Below are positions 27,981 through 37,991 of a DNA stretch of 64,000 nucleotides, in pieces (position 1 is the first letter of the stretch; every line of letters starts with the position of its first letter). Origin of the DNA: Bacteriovoracia bacterium (GTDB taxonomy: Bacteria > Bdellovibrionota > UBA1018 > CAIPTA01). The stretch is taken from the NCBI GenBank assembly GCA_050246755.1, contig JBFWVL010000001.1, positions 1,024,001 to 1,088,000 on the forward strand, written 5' to 3'. Under the pieces are notes generated by a model. That model ran no database searches and was not told the DNA's origin. It saw only the letters and a list, made by a program, of their open reading frames with translations. A program made the translations under genes and the position numbers.

Positions 27981-29907
27981 AATTTTTAGCCTTGGGCTTG
28001 CGGCAACTGCCGCTGCCATAATTTTTCCGGCAATGGCTTTTGCCCAGGCCAAACTCGTGGCGGTGGTTACGCCCAACCCGGTCTCGGAAGCCGAAAGCAT
28101 TCAGCTTCGCCTCGAGGTTTCTAATCCCGATGGACCCGTGTTTCAGCCGACCTTTGAAGCGCCTGACTTCACCATGATGGGAGCGAGTTCCGCGGGAACG
28201 AGCGGACGCGTGGAAATGCAGAACGGCCGCCAAGTATTAGTTCGCAACTTCCAGTTCTCCTTCGTGCTCATGCCAAAAAAAGCCGGAGTGGCAACCATTC
28301 AGAACATTCAGGTTCGCGCTGGATCCGACACGCTCAAATCGGAAGACATTCGCGTTAAGGTACTGCCCGATACGGGCTCCGGGCGCAGCAACCGAGGAGG
28401 AAATCCAGCGGCCCCCAATATTTTTCCTCAGCTTCTGCTGGACGATGAAGACGAAGATCCGAACCCCGCGGCCCCTCCCTCCAGCGGCTCTGGAGCGGGC
28501 GCGATAACGGGAAAGGTGGCCAATGGCCTGCCTAAGTTCAATAGCGACTTCACCGTGGTGGCCCTGGTGAATAAGCAAAAAGTATACGTGGGCGAGCCCG
28601 TGGTGGCGGAATACTATATCTACGATTTTGGCGGCGTTCGTTCTTGTTGCGAAATTCAAAAATGGCCCACTTTCACCGGATTCGTGAAAGACGATCTGGA
28701 AATTGCCAGCCGCTTTGAGTTCGAAGACGTCTACGTCGGAAATCAATTGATGCGCCGGGCATTCATTGGCCGATTTGCGCTGTATTCCCTGAAACCGGGA
28801 AAGTTCTCGCTCGATAAAATGCAGGTAAAAGCCAAATATTTAGGCGATGACAGCATGGGGTCCAATATCTTCCAGGTATTCGATCTCCGCTCCGGCATGC
28901 ATGCGAGCCAAGATGTGATGCTCGAAGTAGCGCCTCTTCCCGAAACCGGCCGGCCGGCAAATTTCGGCGGGGCCGTTGGTCAGTTTTCGGTAAAGCTCAC
29001 CGCCGACAAGCAAACTCTTCCGCAAAATACCCCTCTAACTTTGAATCTAACATTTCAAGGGAATGGAAATTTTCAGGCCATCGATGCGATAAAGCTCCCC
29101 CTTCCACCCGACTTCGAACTCTACGAAAGCAATACCAACACCCGCGGCTCAGCGCCCATCGGCGTGCGGCGCGAATTAGAATCTCAAAAGAATTTTCAGA
29201 CAGTAGCGATTCCCCGCAAAGCTGGAAAATTTGAAATTCCGGCCATTAGCTGGTCTTATTTCAATCCCAAAAAATCGGCTTACGAAACCATTACTACTCA
29301 GCCTATTTCTTTAGAGGTGACAGAGAACGCAAACAATAACGTGAATCAGAATTCCTACGTTACCCCCTCCACGCCCGGCGGCTCTTCCCCGAATACCGAA
29401 AATGAATTTCGCCTACTGAAAAAAGTAACTCTCGGCGCAAAGGAAAATGGCGGTAAAATTCTTTCTTTCACTTTACTTGGTTTGATCTTGGCCAATATTG
29501 GGCTAGCCGCCCGCCTAATTCGCAATAAGCTAGCCCTTTTCGACCGGCTGTATCGAAATATTGATCCGTTCGCAGCGGTACGAAGCGATTTGTCGGCGGC
29601 CCGCCGTGCCCCCGGATCCAATTGGCAAACGAACCTCGAGGACGCTCTCTACGGAATACAAAACGTACTTTTGGGCATGAACACACGCGGACTCACGCGC
29701 TATGAGCTAGAGGAAGCTTGGCAAAGCAGAAATTTACCGATGCCGCTTTACCAGCGCATTCAAACCATTCTGCAAGAATTAGATAAATCCCGCTTCAGCT
29801 CCACAAAGCAAGCTTCGTTCAATCCTGCCGGCTTCCGCGATAAATCTCAGAACGAGGCGGAAGCGATATTGAAAGAAGCCGGCCGCAAGGCACGAAAGCC
29901 GAAATAG
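27958..29907 (+). CDS. batD: BatD family protein
   Basis: Signal peptide (AFA), VYVGEPV, GAVGQFS, GNGN, IPRKAGKFEIP, SYFNP motifs, C-terminal TM; start could be 27949. Confidence 0.88.
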   Translation: MVAAKTGKIFSLGLAATAAAIIFPAMAFAQAKLVAVVTPNPVSEAESIQLRLEVSNPDGPVFQPTFEAPDFTMMGASSAGTSGRVEMQNGRQVLVRNFQFSFVLMPKKAGVATIQNIQVRAGSDTLKSEDIRVKVLPDTGSGRSNRGGNPAAPNIFPQLLLDDEDEDPNPAAPPSSGSGAGAITGKVANGLPKFNSDFTVVALVNKQKVYVGEPVVAEYYIYDFGGVRSCCEIQKWPTFTGFVKDDLEIASRFEFEDVYVGNQLMRRAFIGRFALYSLKPGKFSLDKMQVKAKYLGDDSMGSNIFQVFDLRSGMHASQDVMLEVAPLPETGRPANFGGAVGQFSVKLTADKQTLPQNTPLTLNLTFQGNGNFQAIDAIKLPLPPDFELYESNTNTRGSAPIGVRRELESQKNFQTVAIPRKAGKFEIPAISWSYFNPKKSAYETITTQPISLEVTENANNNVNQNSYVTPSTPGGSSPNTENEFRLLKKVTLGAKENGGKILSFTLLGLILANIGLAARLIRNKLALFDRLYRNIDPFAAVRSDLSAARRAPGSNWQTNLEDALYGIQNVLLGMNTRGLTRYELEEAWQSRNLPMPLYQRIQTILQELDKSRFSSTKQASFNPAGFRDKSQNEAEAILKEAGRKARKPK

Positions 29908-31032
29908 TTATTTCTTATAGAAGTGGGTAATCTGTTCCACTACCCGCTGCGTATGGGCAAGAGGCATTTCAGGATAGATCGGCAGCGATAGCACTTCTTT
30001 TTCTAGGGCCTCGCATACTGGCAAGGAGCAAGGTCCCTTCAAAAAGAACTGAAATGCCTGCTGGCGATGCATTGCGAGTGGATAATAAATTTCTGCCCCC
30101 ACGCCCTGTTCGCCCAAAAATGTCTTAAGCTCATCGCGGCGCTGAGCCCGGATCGTAAATTGATTCCACACATGCTTACGATTCGGCCCCATCACCGGCA
30201 AGCGTACCGCTTCCAGCCGCGCGGCCTGAAAGAGCTGCGTATAGGAGGAAGCGATCGCCTCGCGCTTTCTTTCGTATTCCGCGAGGTGGCGCAATTTAAT
30301 TCTCAATACTGCCGCCTGAATGGAATCAAGACGGGAATTCACGCCCACCAATTCGTGATAATAGCGCTGCTTCGACCCATGCACGCGAACCATGCGAACC
30401 TTTTGGGCATCGGTCTCCGTTAAGGCAGAAACGAGACCGGCATCGCCGATCGCACCAAGATTTTTGGTGGGATAAAAGCTAAACGCGCCATAGTCTCCCC
30501 AGGCGCCACATTGCTTTCCTTTAAAAGACGCGCCAATACTCTGCGCACAGTCTTCGATCACAGTAATTTTCCGCCCGGATTTTTTTATTACGGTGGTGAG
30601 CGCCTCCATGTCCACCATTTGCCCGAAGAGGTGAACCGGGATGACAGCCTTGGTGCGAGGTGTGATTTTTTTTGCGAGATCTTCGAGCGAAATATTGTAG
30701 GTATCGTCACTATCCACGAACACGGGCGTGGCACCAAGTCGCGCCACGGCGCCGGCGGTTGCGTAGAACGTAAATGATGGAACGAGCACTTCATCGCCCG
30801 GGCCGATATTTTCGCACATGAGAGGAAGCAAGAGAGCGTCGGAGCCGGAAGCGCAGGCAATTGCCCGAGGAATGCCGGTATAGGCCGCAATTTCATCTTC
30901 GAGTGCTTTTACTTCGGGGCCAAGGATAAAAGCGGAGCTATCCAGCAGCTGGCTAAGGGCATTTAGAATTTCCTCCTTCAACGGCTTATTTTGTGCGCCT
31001 ACATCGAGCAGGGGAACCTTAGACGTGCTCAT
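29908..31032 (-). CDS. DegT/DnrJ/EryC1/StrS PLP sugar aminotransferase
   Basis: ASGSDAL, PVHLFGQ, EDCAQS, SFYPTKNLG (catalytic Lys), NSRLDSIQAA. Confidence 0.95.
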   Translation of the reverse strand: MSTSKVPLLDVGAQNKPLKEEILNALSQLLDSSAFILGPEVKALEDEIAAYTGIPRAIACASGSDALLLPLMCENIGPGDEVLVPSFTFYATAGAVARLGATPVFVDSDDTYNISLEDLAKKITPRTKAVIPVHLFGQMVDMEALTTVIKKSGRKITVIEDCAQSIGASFKGKQCGAWGDYGAFSFYPTKNLGAIGDAGLVSALTETDAQKVRMVRVHGSKQRYYHELVGVNSRLDSIQAAVLRIKLRHLAEYERKREAIASSYTQLFQAARLEAVRLPVMGPNRKHVWNQFTIRAQRRDELKTFLGEQGVGAEIYYPLAMHRQQAFQFFLKGPCSLPVCEALEKEVLSLPIYPEMPLAHTQRVVEQITHFYKK

Positions 31033-31036
31033 GGCA

Positions 31037-32119
31037 TTATCCTCGTAAAAAATTTTGGTAGCTTTGAATCTGTTTCTTCGTAAGGGCCGCAGCAGAAGCC
31101 GGATCTTTCAAGAAATCTCGGTACCATTCGGTGGTCCAAGCGGCGGTGGTAGAAAAATCCAGGAAAGGCTTCCAACGCAGAACTTTGGTGGCCTTTTCGC
31201 AGTTGAGGCGCAGCATGCGCATTTCTTTTTTCTGCCCAGCATCTTTCGCCGCCTCAATCTTATGGCTGGCGCCACTCCACTGCTTCTCGAGAGCGCTCAC
31301 TAGCACCCCTGCCGGCTGCTCCAGCTCTTCATTTGGCCCAAAGTTAAAGGCTTCTCCATGCACGCCAGCAGGATTTTCCAGCAGCCGCTGACCGAGTAGT
31401 AAATATCCACCAAGCGGCTCCAGCACGTGCTGCCAGGGGCGCACGTAAGTAGGATTACGCAAAACTACGCTTTGCTTTTTTTCCCACGCACGAATGCAGT
31501 CGGGGACTAAACGATCCGCAGCCCAGTCTCCGCCGCCAATCACGTTGCCGGCCCGAGCGGTACAGGCGCGAATGCCGCCTTCCACAGTAAAAAAAGAGCG
31601 GATATAAGAAGAGGAAACGATTTCCGCGGCCGCCTTCGAGGCCGAGTAAGGATCATGTCCGCCGAGGTGATCGGATTCGCGGTAACCCTCATCTTGCTCT
31701 TTATTTTCATAAACCTTATCGGTGGTAATCACAACCACCGCGCGCACGCTGGGAGTCCTGCGCGCGGCCTCCAGCACGTGAGCCGTGCCCATTACGTTCT
31801 CAGCAAAAGTTTCAATCGGTTGCTCATAAGAGGCACGCACCAATGGCTGCGCCGCTAAATGAAACACAATTTCTGGCTTCGTTTCGCTCATCGCCTTAAC
31901 TACGGCGGGGAGGTCGCGAATATCGCCGCGCAAATCACGCAGGCGCTTCGCCAAACCGATTGCTTCAAAATGCGACGGCTCGGTGGGGATCTCTTTTGAA
32001 AAACCAGTTACTTCGGCACCCAACTGATGGAGCCATTCGCCAAGCCAAGAGCCCTTGAAGCCCGTATGACCAGTGAGAAAAATTTTTCGTTTAGAGTAAA
32101 TATTTCCGAAGGCGCTCAC
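31037..32119 (-). CDS. rfbG: CDP-glucose 4,6-dehydratase
   Basis: TGHTGFKGSWL, HLAAQPLVR, DPYSASK, RAGNVIGGGDW, RPWQHVLEPL. Confidence 0.96.
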   Translation of the reverse strand: MSAFGNIYSKRKIFLTGHTGFKGSWLGEWLHQLGAEVTGFSKEIPTEPSHFEAIGLAKRLRDLRGDIRDLPAVVKAMSETKPEIVFHLAAQPLVRASYEQPIETFAENVMGTAHVLEAARRTPSVRAVVVITTDKVYENKEQDEGYRESDHLGGHDPYSASKAAAEIVSSSYIRSFFTVEGGIRACTARAGNVIGGGDWAADRLVPDCIRAWEKKQSVVLRNPTYVRPWQHVLEPLGGYLLLGQRLLENPAGVHGEAFNFGPNEELEQPAGVLVSALEKQWSGASHKIEAAKDAGQKKEMRMLRLNCEKATKVLRWKPFLDFSTTAAWTTEWYRDFLKDPASAAALTKKQIQSYQNFLRG

Positions 32120-32125
32120 TTGGCC

Positions 32126-32902
32126 CTACCAATTCTTCCAGGGAGCCTTGCCTGTGGCCCAGAGTTCCTCGAGGTGTTCACGGTCACGAATCGTGTCCAT
32201 GCACTGCCAGAAACCGTCATGGCGGTAAGCCATCAGCTGATGGTCCTTAGCCAAGCGCTCCATTGGAGAGCGCTCAAGAATTGTTTCATCACCCTCTAGG
32301 TATTCGAAAACTCCGGGCTCCATCACCATGAAGCCGCCGTTAATCCATCCTTCATCGGCAGGAGCTTTTTCCCGGAATGCATCGATGCGTCCATTGTCCG
32401 CAATTTCGAGCCCGCCAAAGCGAGCCGTGGGACGAACCGCTGTCATGGTCACCAGCTTTCCGTGCTTTTTATGAAAGGCCAGAAGCTCTTTCAAGTTTAC
32501 GTCGCTCAGGCCGTCACCATATGTAAATAGAAATGGCCCCTGGGGTTTAAGGCGCGGCTCTAAACGCTTCAAGCGTCCACCAGTCATAGATTCAGGACCG
32601 GTATCGATCAGCTGTACTTTCCAGTTTTCACGATTACTCGATTCGTAAGGAGTGAGCTTGCCGGAGGCAAGGTCGACTTCGAAATCGCTGTTGAGCGCGG
32701 AGTAATGTAAAAAAAAGTTTTTGATATAGTCGCCGAGATAGCCTGTGGCCAGCGTGAAGTGATCGAACCCATGCGATCCGTAGATCTTCATAATATGCCA
32801 GAGCATCGGGTGGCCCCCGATGGTAACCATGGGCTTGGGACGGAGCGATGTTTCTTCGGCTAGGCGCGTGCCTTTTCCGCCGCAAAGGATGACTACTTGC
32901 AT
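32126..32902 (-). CDS. rfbF: Glucose-1-phosphate cytidylyltransferase
   Basis: GGKGTRLAEET, PKPMV, TGGRLKR, TYGDG, WINGGF, FWQCMDT. Confidence 0.96.
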   Translation of the reverse strand: MQVVILCGGKGTRLAEETSLRPKPMVTIGGHPMLWHIMKIYGSHGFDHFTLATGYLGDYIKNFFLHYSALNSDFEVDLASGKLTPYESSNRENWKVQLIDTGPESMTGGRLKRLEPRLKPQGPFLFTYGDGLSDVNLKELLAFHKKHGKLVTMTAVRPTARFGGLEIADNGRIDAFREKAPADEGWINGGFMVMEPGVFEYLEGDETILERSPMERLAKDHQLMAYRHDGFWQCMDTIRDREHLEELWATGKAPWKNW

Positions 32903-32959
32903 AGGCTCCACCTTAAATCAGGGGGACAAACCCCACAATAGTTGTGTTACAAATGGGGT

Positions 32960-33430
32960 ATGCAAGAAGCGAAAAAGACGGACATATCGGGGGTAATCAT
33001 TGCCCCCAAGCGTAAACTCTTCGACGACCGCGGCGGCATCTTTCATATGCTCCGCAACGATGACCCGGAGTTCCAAAAGTTCGGGGAAATCTACTTTTCC
33101 AAAGTCCACCCCGGAGTGATTAAGGCCTGGCACCACCATAGCCGCATGACGCTAAACTACCTCGTAGTGAGCGGCTCTATCCAGTTAGGCCTCTGGGACG
33201 GGCGCAAAGACTCCCCCACTTACGGCAAGCAGCAAACGATCTACCTCGACGAGAGCAATAGCCAGCTCGTGGTGGTTCCTTTCGGGGTATGGAACGGATT
33301 CAAGGGCCTCGGGACCACGAGCTCCGTAGTGGCCAACTGCGCCACCGAACCCCATGACCCTCTTGAGATCACGCGTAAGCCGTATAATGACCCGAGCTTT
33401 GGGTATAGCTGGGAATTAAAGCACGGTTAG
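32960..33430 (+). CDS. RmlC/RfbC-like NDP-4-keto-6-deoxyhexose 3,5-epimerase (cupin)
   Basis: DDRG, KAWHHH, DGRKDSPTYG, VPFGVWNGF; divergent from rfbF. Confidence 0.88.
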   Translation: MQEAKKTDISGVIIAPKRKLFDDRGGIFHMLRNDDPEFQKFGEIYFSKVHPGVIKAWHHHSRMTLNYLVVSGSIQLGLWDGRKDSPTYGKQQTIYLDESNSQLVVVPFGVWNGFKGLGTTSSVVANCATEPHDPLEITRKPYNDPSFGYSWELKHG

Positions 33431-33445
33431 GAGGAAATTTCCCGC

Positions 33446-34849
33446 TTACCGGGCGCCACTTCCTTCACGCCGAACGGAAATGGCCAGCGTTCTATAAAGT
33501 TCTAGTAGAAATTGCCCTAGGCACAAAATAGGAAGGCTAAAATATAGCCCCTGGATAGGCACAATGTACCTAAAATCCCAGGGAATAATCAAATTCCCCA
33601 ACGCCACGGGAACCAGGAACAAAGCAGTAGCACTACTCCACACGAGCGCGGAAGAACTCTTCTTCCAAGCAAGAAGAAAGAATCCGCACAACCCGAGCAA
33701 CTGCAGCACCGTGCGAATCGGAAGACGGGCGCCCCGTGGAAGGTCGGGAGGATAACTCATATACTTACACATGCCCCAAAATTGGCGTAACCCCACCCGG
33801 GCCGTGGTCAACGGATGCTGAATCATTACCGCCATATTTAAACGGGACAGCTCTGCACCTAATTGGGCGGCGGCGGCGGCGGGAATCACCTCGGCAATAC
33901 CCCAATTAACATAATTGGCTCTTATTCTTTCATCGCAGAGAAATGGCCTCGCTTCCTGCGGAAATCTATTTTGCGCACAACCGAGGTTCCAAATTTCGGG
34001 GCCACGCGAATACCAGGCCGCCAAATAACCACTAGTGGAGAAAAACTCCGAAGCACCGTTATGGTTTACGTAATTAATGCTACGAACCGAACCGCAAATA
34101 AGTAAACAACTCAGCAAAATACCCAATCCGACAATTCGATAGGCTCGCCACGCCGAAAGAATAATTCCGGCCACAGCCAAGCCAATCCACCATTGCACCT
34201 TCAGTAAACAGAGGAAAAGCGCGGAAAATAAAAAAAGTAACCAAGCCAAAGCAAAGCACTTCTTCCTGTTGGTTTCGTTTAAAAAAAAGAGCAAAAATAT
34301 AAAGCCAATTATAATAGGCAAAAAAGCGCGCGATAAGGCCTCCGTGGTGAAGGAGGCCGATGATTCAATCGGCCTTTGAAAAAGATCAAGGGTGACCAGC
34401 GCTAAAGAAAATAGAAGCGTAGAACGAAAAAAAATGGCTACGCCAAATGCGAACAACACCTCCGCAAATACGCTCAGCCCTACTAAAAATAGTACATAGT
34501 TATGCCGCCAATGAGCTGGATTTGGCGAAATCGCACGGATGGCCAACATCGCCGTACCGGCGCCGATTCCCCTGAGTGGATAGGCATCCAGAAAAGCGGC
34601 ATAATTAGGGGTAGGCGAAACCAAGGTCGGATCAGTTTTTCCGGACCAGAATTTCTGGGCAACATACAGATAGTCTAGATGATCATCGGCTACGATAGGC
34701 TCGCGGGTGCTCTCGAACTGAATACTTTCGTGAAAAAAAGTCTGCGAATAGTTGGACGCGCGGTAAATCACCCAGGCCAGACAAAGAAGGGCGACCATAA
34801 GTGCGGCCATTAAATTTGCCTTCGTTTTTTTTAGGCGAAGATCAACCAT
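33446..34849 (-). CDS. Polytopic membrane protein, probable GT-C glycosyltransferase
   Basis: About 11 TMs; ADDHLDY acidic motif after TM1; TEAL motif; DFRYIVP before the last TM. Confidence 0.6.
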   Translation of the reverse strand: MVDLRLKKTKANLMAALMVALLCLAWVIYRASNYSQTFFHESIQFESTREPIVADDHLDYLYVAQKFWSGKTDPTLVSPTPNYAAFLDAYPLRGIGAGTAMLAIRAISPNPAHWRHNYVLFLVGLSVFAEVLFAFGVAIFFRSTLLFSLALVTLDLFQRPIESSASFTTEALSRAFLPIIIGFIFLLFFLNETNRKKCFALAWLLFLFSALFLCLLKVQWWIGLAVAGIILSAWRAYRIVGLGILLSCLLICGSVRSINYVNHNGASEFFSTSGYLAAWYSRGPEIWNLGCAQNRFPQEARPFLCDERIRANYVNWGIAEVIPAAAAAQLGAELSRLNMAVMIQHPLTTARVGLRQFWGMCKYMSYPPDLPRGARLPIRTVLQLLGLCGFFLLAWKKSSSALVWSSATALFLVPVALGNLIIPWDFRYIVPIQGLYFSLPILCLGQFLLELYRTLAISVRREGSGAR

Positions 34850-34852
34850 TCA

Positions 34853-36184
34853 CTAAAGCGCGCGCACGCAATCCTCAAGCGCTTGCAGCATATACTGGAT
34901 ACGGACGCCATCAATACCGGGATGCACCCCCACCCAAAAAGTGCGCTTCATGATTTCATCGGTATTCTTCAATTCGCCCACCACGCGGAAGTCCACATTT
35001 TGGTAGGCCGGTTGGCGCACGAGATTACCCGCGAAAAGTAAGCGCGTGCCCACTTTTCTTTCTTCCAGTGCCGCCACCAGTTTCTCGCGGTTCAAGCCGG
35101 GGGCGCAGTGCACGGGAAATCCAAACCACGAAGGGCGCGTGCCCCTCGTGGGTTCCACGGGAATCAATTTATCCCGCAGTACCGGCGAAGCCTTCACTCC
35201 ATCGTAGAGCGCCTTCCAGTTTGTACGGCGCGCTTCCACGAAGCCACGGGCCTTCTTAAGTTGCGAAACACCTAGCGCCGCCTGCATGTCGGTGCCCTTC
35301 AAGTTATACCCGATATTCGAATAGGTATATTTATGGTCGTAACCGTCCGGCAACGTGCCGAGCTGCCAGCCGAAACGCTTGCCGCAGGTATTGTCTTTGC
35401 CCGGCTCGCACCAGCAATCACGGCCCCAGTCGCGCATGCTTTCAGCCACTTTACGAAGGCGTCCATCCTTAGGAAGCACGGCGCCGCCCTCACCGGTGGT
35501 GATATGGTGAGCAGGATAGAAACTTAGCGTGGACATATCCCCGAAGGAACCCGCCGGCGCCCACCCTTGATCCGACTCGATCTCAGCACCGAGGGCATCG
35601 CAGCAGTCTTCCAAGAGATAAATGCCTTCTTTCGTGCACCACTCGGCGATTTTGTCGGCGCGGTAAGGATTACCAAGCGTGTGAGCAATAAATACCGCCT
35701 TAGTTTTTCCGGGAACGTACGCTGCCTGAATGGATTCGAGCGAAGTGTCGAGGGTATCGAAATTTACGTCCACGAATACGGGGCGCATCCCGGTTTGCAC
35801 GATCGGATTCACGGTGGTGGGAAATCCCGCCGCCACGGTGATCACTTCGTCGCCCGGCTTGAGGCGGGTCTTTTTCATATCGTCCATCATCGGTGCCGAG
35901 AGGGCCGACATGGCCACCAAGTTCGCTGAGGATCCGCTATTCACGAAGAGCGCTTTTACTTTGCGGTTCATCCACTTCGGCAGCTCCGCCTCAAATTCCG
36001 CGCCGTAGCGGCCGGTGGTGAGCCACAAATCTAAAGAGGCATCGAGAAGCGAGACCATGTCTTCCTCGTCGATCACTTTTCCGCTCGGTGGAATATAAGA
36101 TTGCCCCGGCACAAAGGGCTTTACTTGGTGGCTCGCCTGAAAAAATTTTCGGGCCTCGGCAAAAACATTTTCCCGCGTGCTCAT
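34853..36184 (-). CDS. rfbH: CDP-4-keto-6-deoxyglucose 3-dehydratase (E1, RfbH/DdhC)
   Basis: NSGSSANL, EDCCDALG, FYPAHHITTGEGG (His in place of Lys), WGRDCWCEPGKDNTC Fe-S cysteines. Confidence 0.95.
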   Translation of the reverse strand: MSTRENVFAEARKFFQASHQVKPFVPGQSYIPPSGKVIDEEDMVSLLDASLDLWLTTGRYGAEFEAELPKWMNRKVKALFVNSGSSANLVAMSALSAPMMDDMKKTRLKPGDEVITVAAGFPTTVNPIVQTGMRPVFVDVNFDTLDTSLESIQAAYVPGKTKAVFIAHTLGNPYRADKIAEWCTKEGIYLLEDCCDALGAEIESDQGWAPAGSFGDMSTLSFYPAHHITTGEGGAVLPKDGRLRKVAESMRDWGRDCWCEPGKDNTCGKRFGWQLGTLPDGYDHKYTYSNIGYNLKGTDMQAALGVSQLKKARGFVEARRTNWKALYDGVKASPVLRDKLIPVEPTRGTRPSWFGFPVHCAPGLNREKLVAALEERKVGTRLLFAGNLVRQPAYQNVDFRVVGELKNTDEIMKRTFWVGVHPGIDGVRIQYMLQALEDCVRAL

Positions 36185-37899
36185 GAATGCTCCTTAGTCA
36201 CTAAAAAATCACCAATTGCTAAAACATCGAACTCGGTACGCAAAAAACAGGCGATCGCGTGGTCCGGCGTGCAAACGATCGGCTCGTTTTCGTTAAAAGA
36301 CGTATTGAGTAAAACTGGAACGCCGCTGATCTTCTCAAATTCGCTGATTAAATTCCAATAACGAAGGTTAGATTTCTTGCTTACGGTTTGAACCCGGGCA
36401 CTGCCATCTATATGCGTTACCGCCGGGATCTTTCCGACCATACCCGGTTTAACCCGGCCCATCAAAATCATATAGGGGGAATATTGGTTTTTAGGGAGGG
36501 AAAAATACTGCTCTGCGCGCTCTTCCAGCACGGAGGGGGCAAAAGGCCGAAATGCTTCGCGCCGCTTCACGAGGGCATTGAGCTTCTCCTTCATGTCGGG
36601 CCGGGTGGGATCCACCGCAATAGAACGATTCCCGAGAGCCCTTGGCCCCGACTCCATGCGCCCCTGAAACCAACCCACAATCTTCCCGTCGGCGATATGG
36701 CGCGCGGTTTCCGCCTCAATGCGGTCCGATTTTCTATAGGAAAGATTATGACGCTTTAGCTCGGCTTCGATTTGTTCATTAGAAAACTCCGGCCCCAGAT
36801 ACACACCATTGAAAACCTCCTTGCGAGGTTGGTTTAGAGTTTGGTGGTAGTGAAAAAGGGCGGCGCCGTAGGAGGCGCCGGCATCGTTGGCGATCGGTTG
36901 AAAGAAAAACTCCTTAAATGGAGTCTTCGCCACTATCTCGCTATTCATCAAACAATTAAGCGCCACTCCGCCAGTGAGGCAAAGGTTGGGGCTATTTGTG
37001 AGCTTGAATAAATGATTCGCTAAATTCACCCCCGCCTTCTCCACCAAACGCTGGAGCGCAAAAGCAATATCGTAGTGATGCTGGGTGAGCGGGGAACTTT
37101 TTTCGCGGGCCGGGCCGAACTTCTTCAGAAATTTTTCACTTAGCCAACGAGCTTGGCCGTGGGTATGAAAAGAGAAATAATCGAGATTGAGCTCATAGAG
37201 CCCATCGCTGTCAAAGCGTATAAGATCGGCAAAATCCCGCTCGTAGGTGTCTTTTCCATAGGCCGAAAGGCCCATTACCCTCCACTCATCGAAGAATGGA
37301 GCAAAACCAAGGTAATCCGTTACGGCGGCATAGAAATGACCGAGCGAATGAGGTACCGAAACTTCCCTCAGCTTCTCGATCTTATTTTCTTTTCCCCTAG
37401 CCAGCAGAGTGGAGGTGCTTTCGCCCCTGCCGTCTAGAGTCAGAATCGCTGCCTCCCTAAAGGGAGAAATAAAAAAAGCGCTGGCCGCGTGCGCGAGGTG
37501 GTGCTCCACAAAAATGACTCGCGGAGCCCGCGCGACCTTAAAAGTCTCTTGAAGGGCTCGGCCGATATTGCGCATGCTTAGGATGCGAGAAAAAAAGCTC
37601 ATCTCTTTGGATCCCGAAGGAGCGCGAAGAAGATTTAGCGAAGCGGGAAAATAGCGCAGAAAATGAAAGAAATTACCCTTCAACTCTTTGAGAGGTTGCC
37701 AGTAGAAAGCGACCGCGGATACTTCTTCCATGGTGATCCCCGCTTGATCGAGGCAAAAACGAACGGCTTGAGCAGGAAACTTCGCGGTATGTTTTTCCCG
37801 GTTAAATCGCTCTTCTTCCGCGTGGGCGCAAAGAACACCGCTCTTCAGCAATGCCGAGGAGGATTCATGGCCATAGCTGCTGATTCCAAGAATATACAT
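36181..37899 (-). CDS. NodU/CmcH family O-carbamoyltransferase
   Basis: EEERFNREKH, EHHLAHAASAF, LDGRGE, GGVALNC, GPRALGNRS, RPFAPS, LNTSFN. Confidence 0.95.
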   Translation of the reverse strand: MYILGISSYGHESSSALLKSGVLCAHAEEERFNREKHTAKFPAQAVRFCLDQAGITMEEVSAVAFYWQPLKELKGNFFHFLRYFPASLNLLRAPSGSKEMSFFSRILSMRNIGRALQETFKVARAPRVIFVEHHLAHAASAFFISPFREAAILTLDGRGESTSTLLARGKENKIEKLREVSVPHSLGHFYAAVTDYLGFAPFFDEWRVMGLSAYGKDTYERDFADLIRFDSDGLYELNLDYFSFHTHGQARWLSEKFLKKFGPAREKSSPLTQHHYDIAFALQRLVEKAGVNLANHLFKLTNSPNLCLTGGVALNCLMNSEIVAKTPFKEFFFQPIANDAGASYGAALFHYHQTLNQPRKEVFNGVYLGPEFSNEQIEAELKRHNLSYRKSDRIEAETARHIADGKIVGWFQGRMESGPRALGNRSIAVDPTRPDMKEKLNALVKRREAFRPFAPSVLEERAEQYFSLPKNQYSPYMILMGRVKPGMVGKIPAVTHIDGSARVQTVSKKSNLRYWNLISEFEKISGVPVLLNTSFNENEPIVCTPDHAIACFLRTEFDVLAIGDFLVTKEHS

Positions 37900-37991
37900 A
37901 GGTGATTAGAGAGGGCCAATTTACTGGATGGCATAGGCAATATCCAATTAAAATCTGGCCACTAAATGACTCCACATTATACATTTTAACC

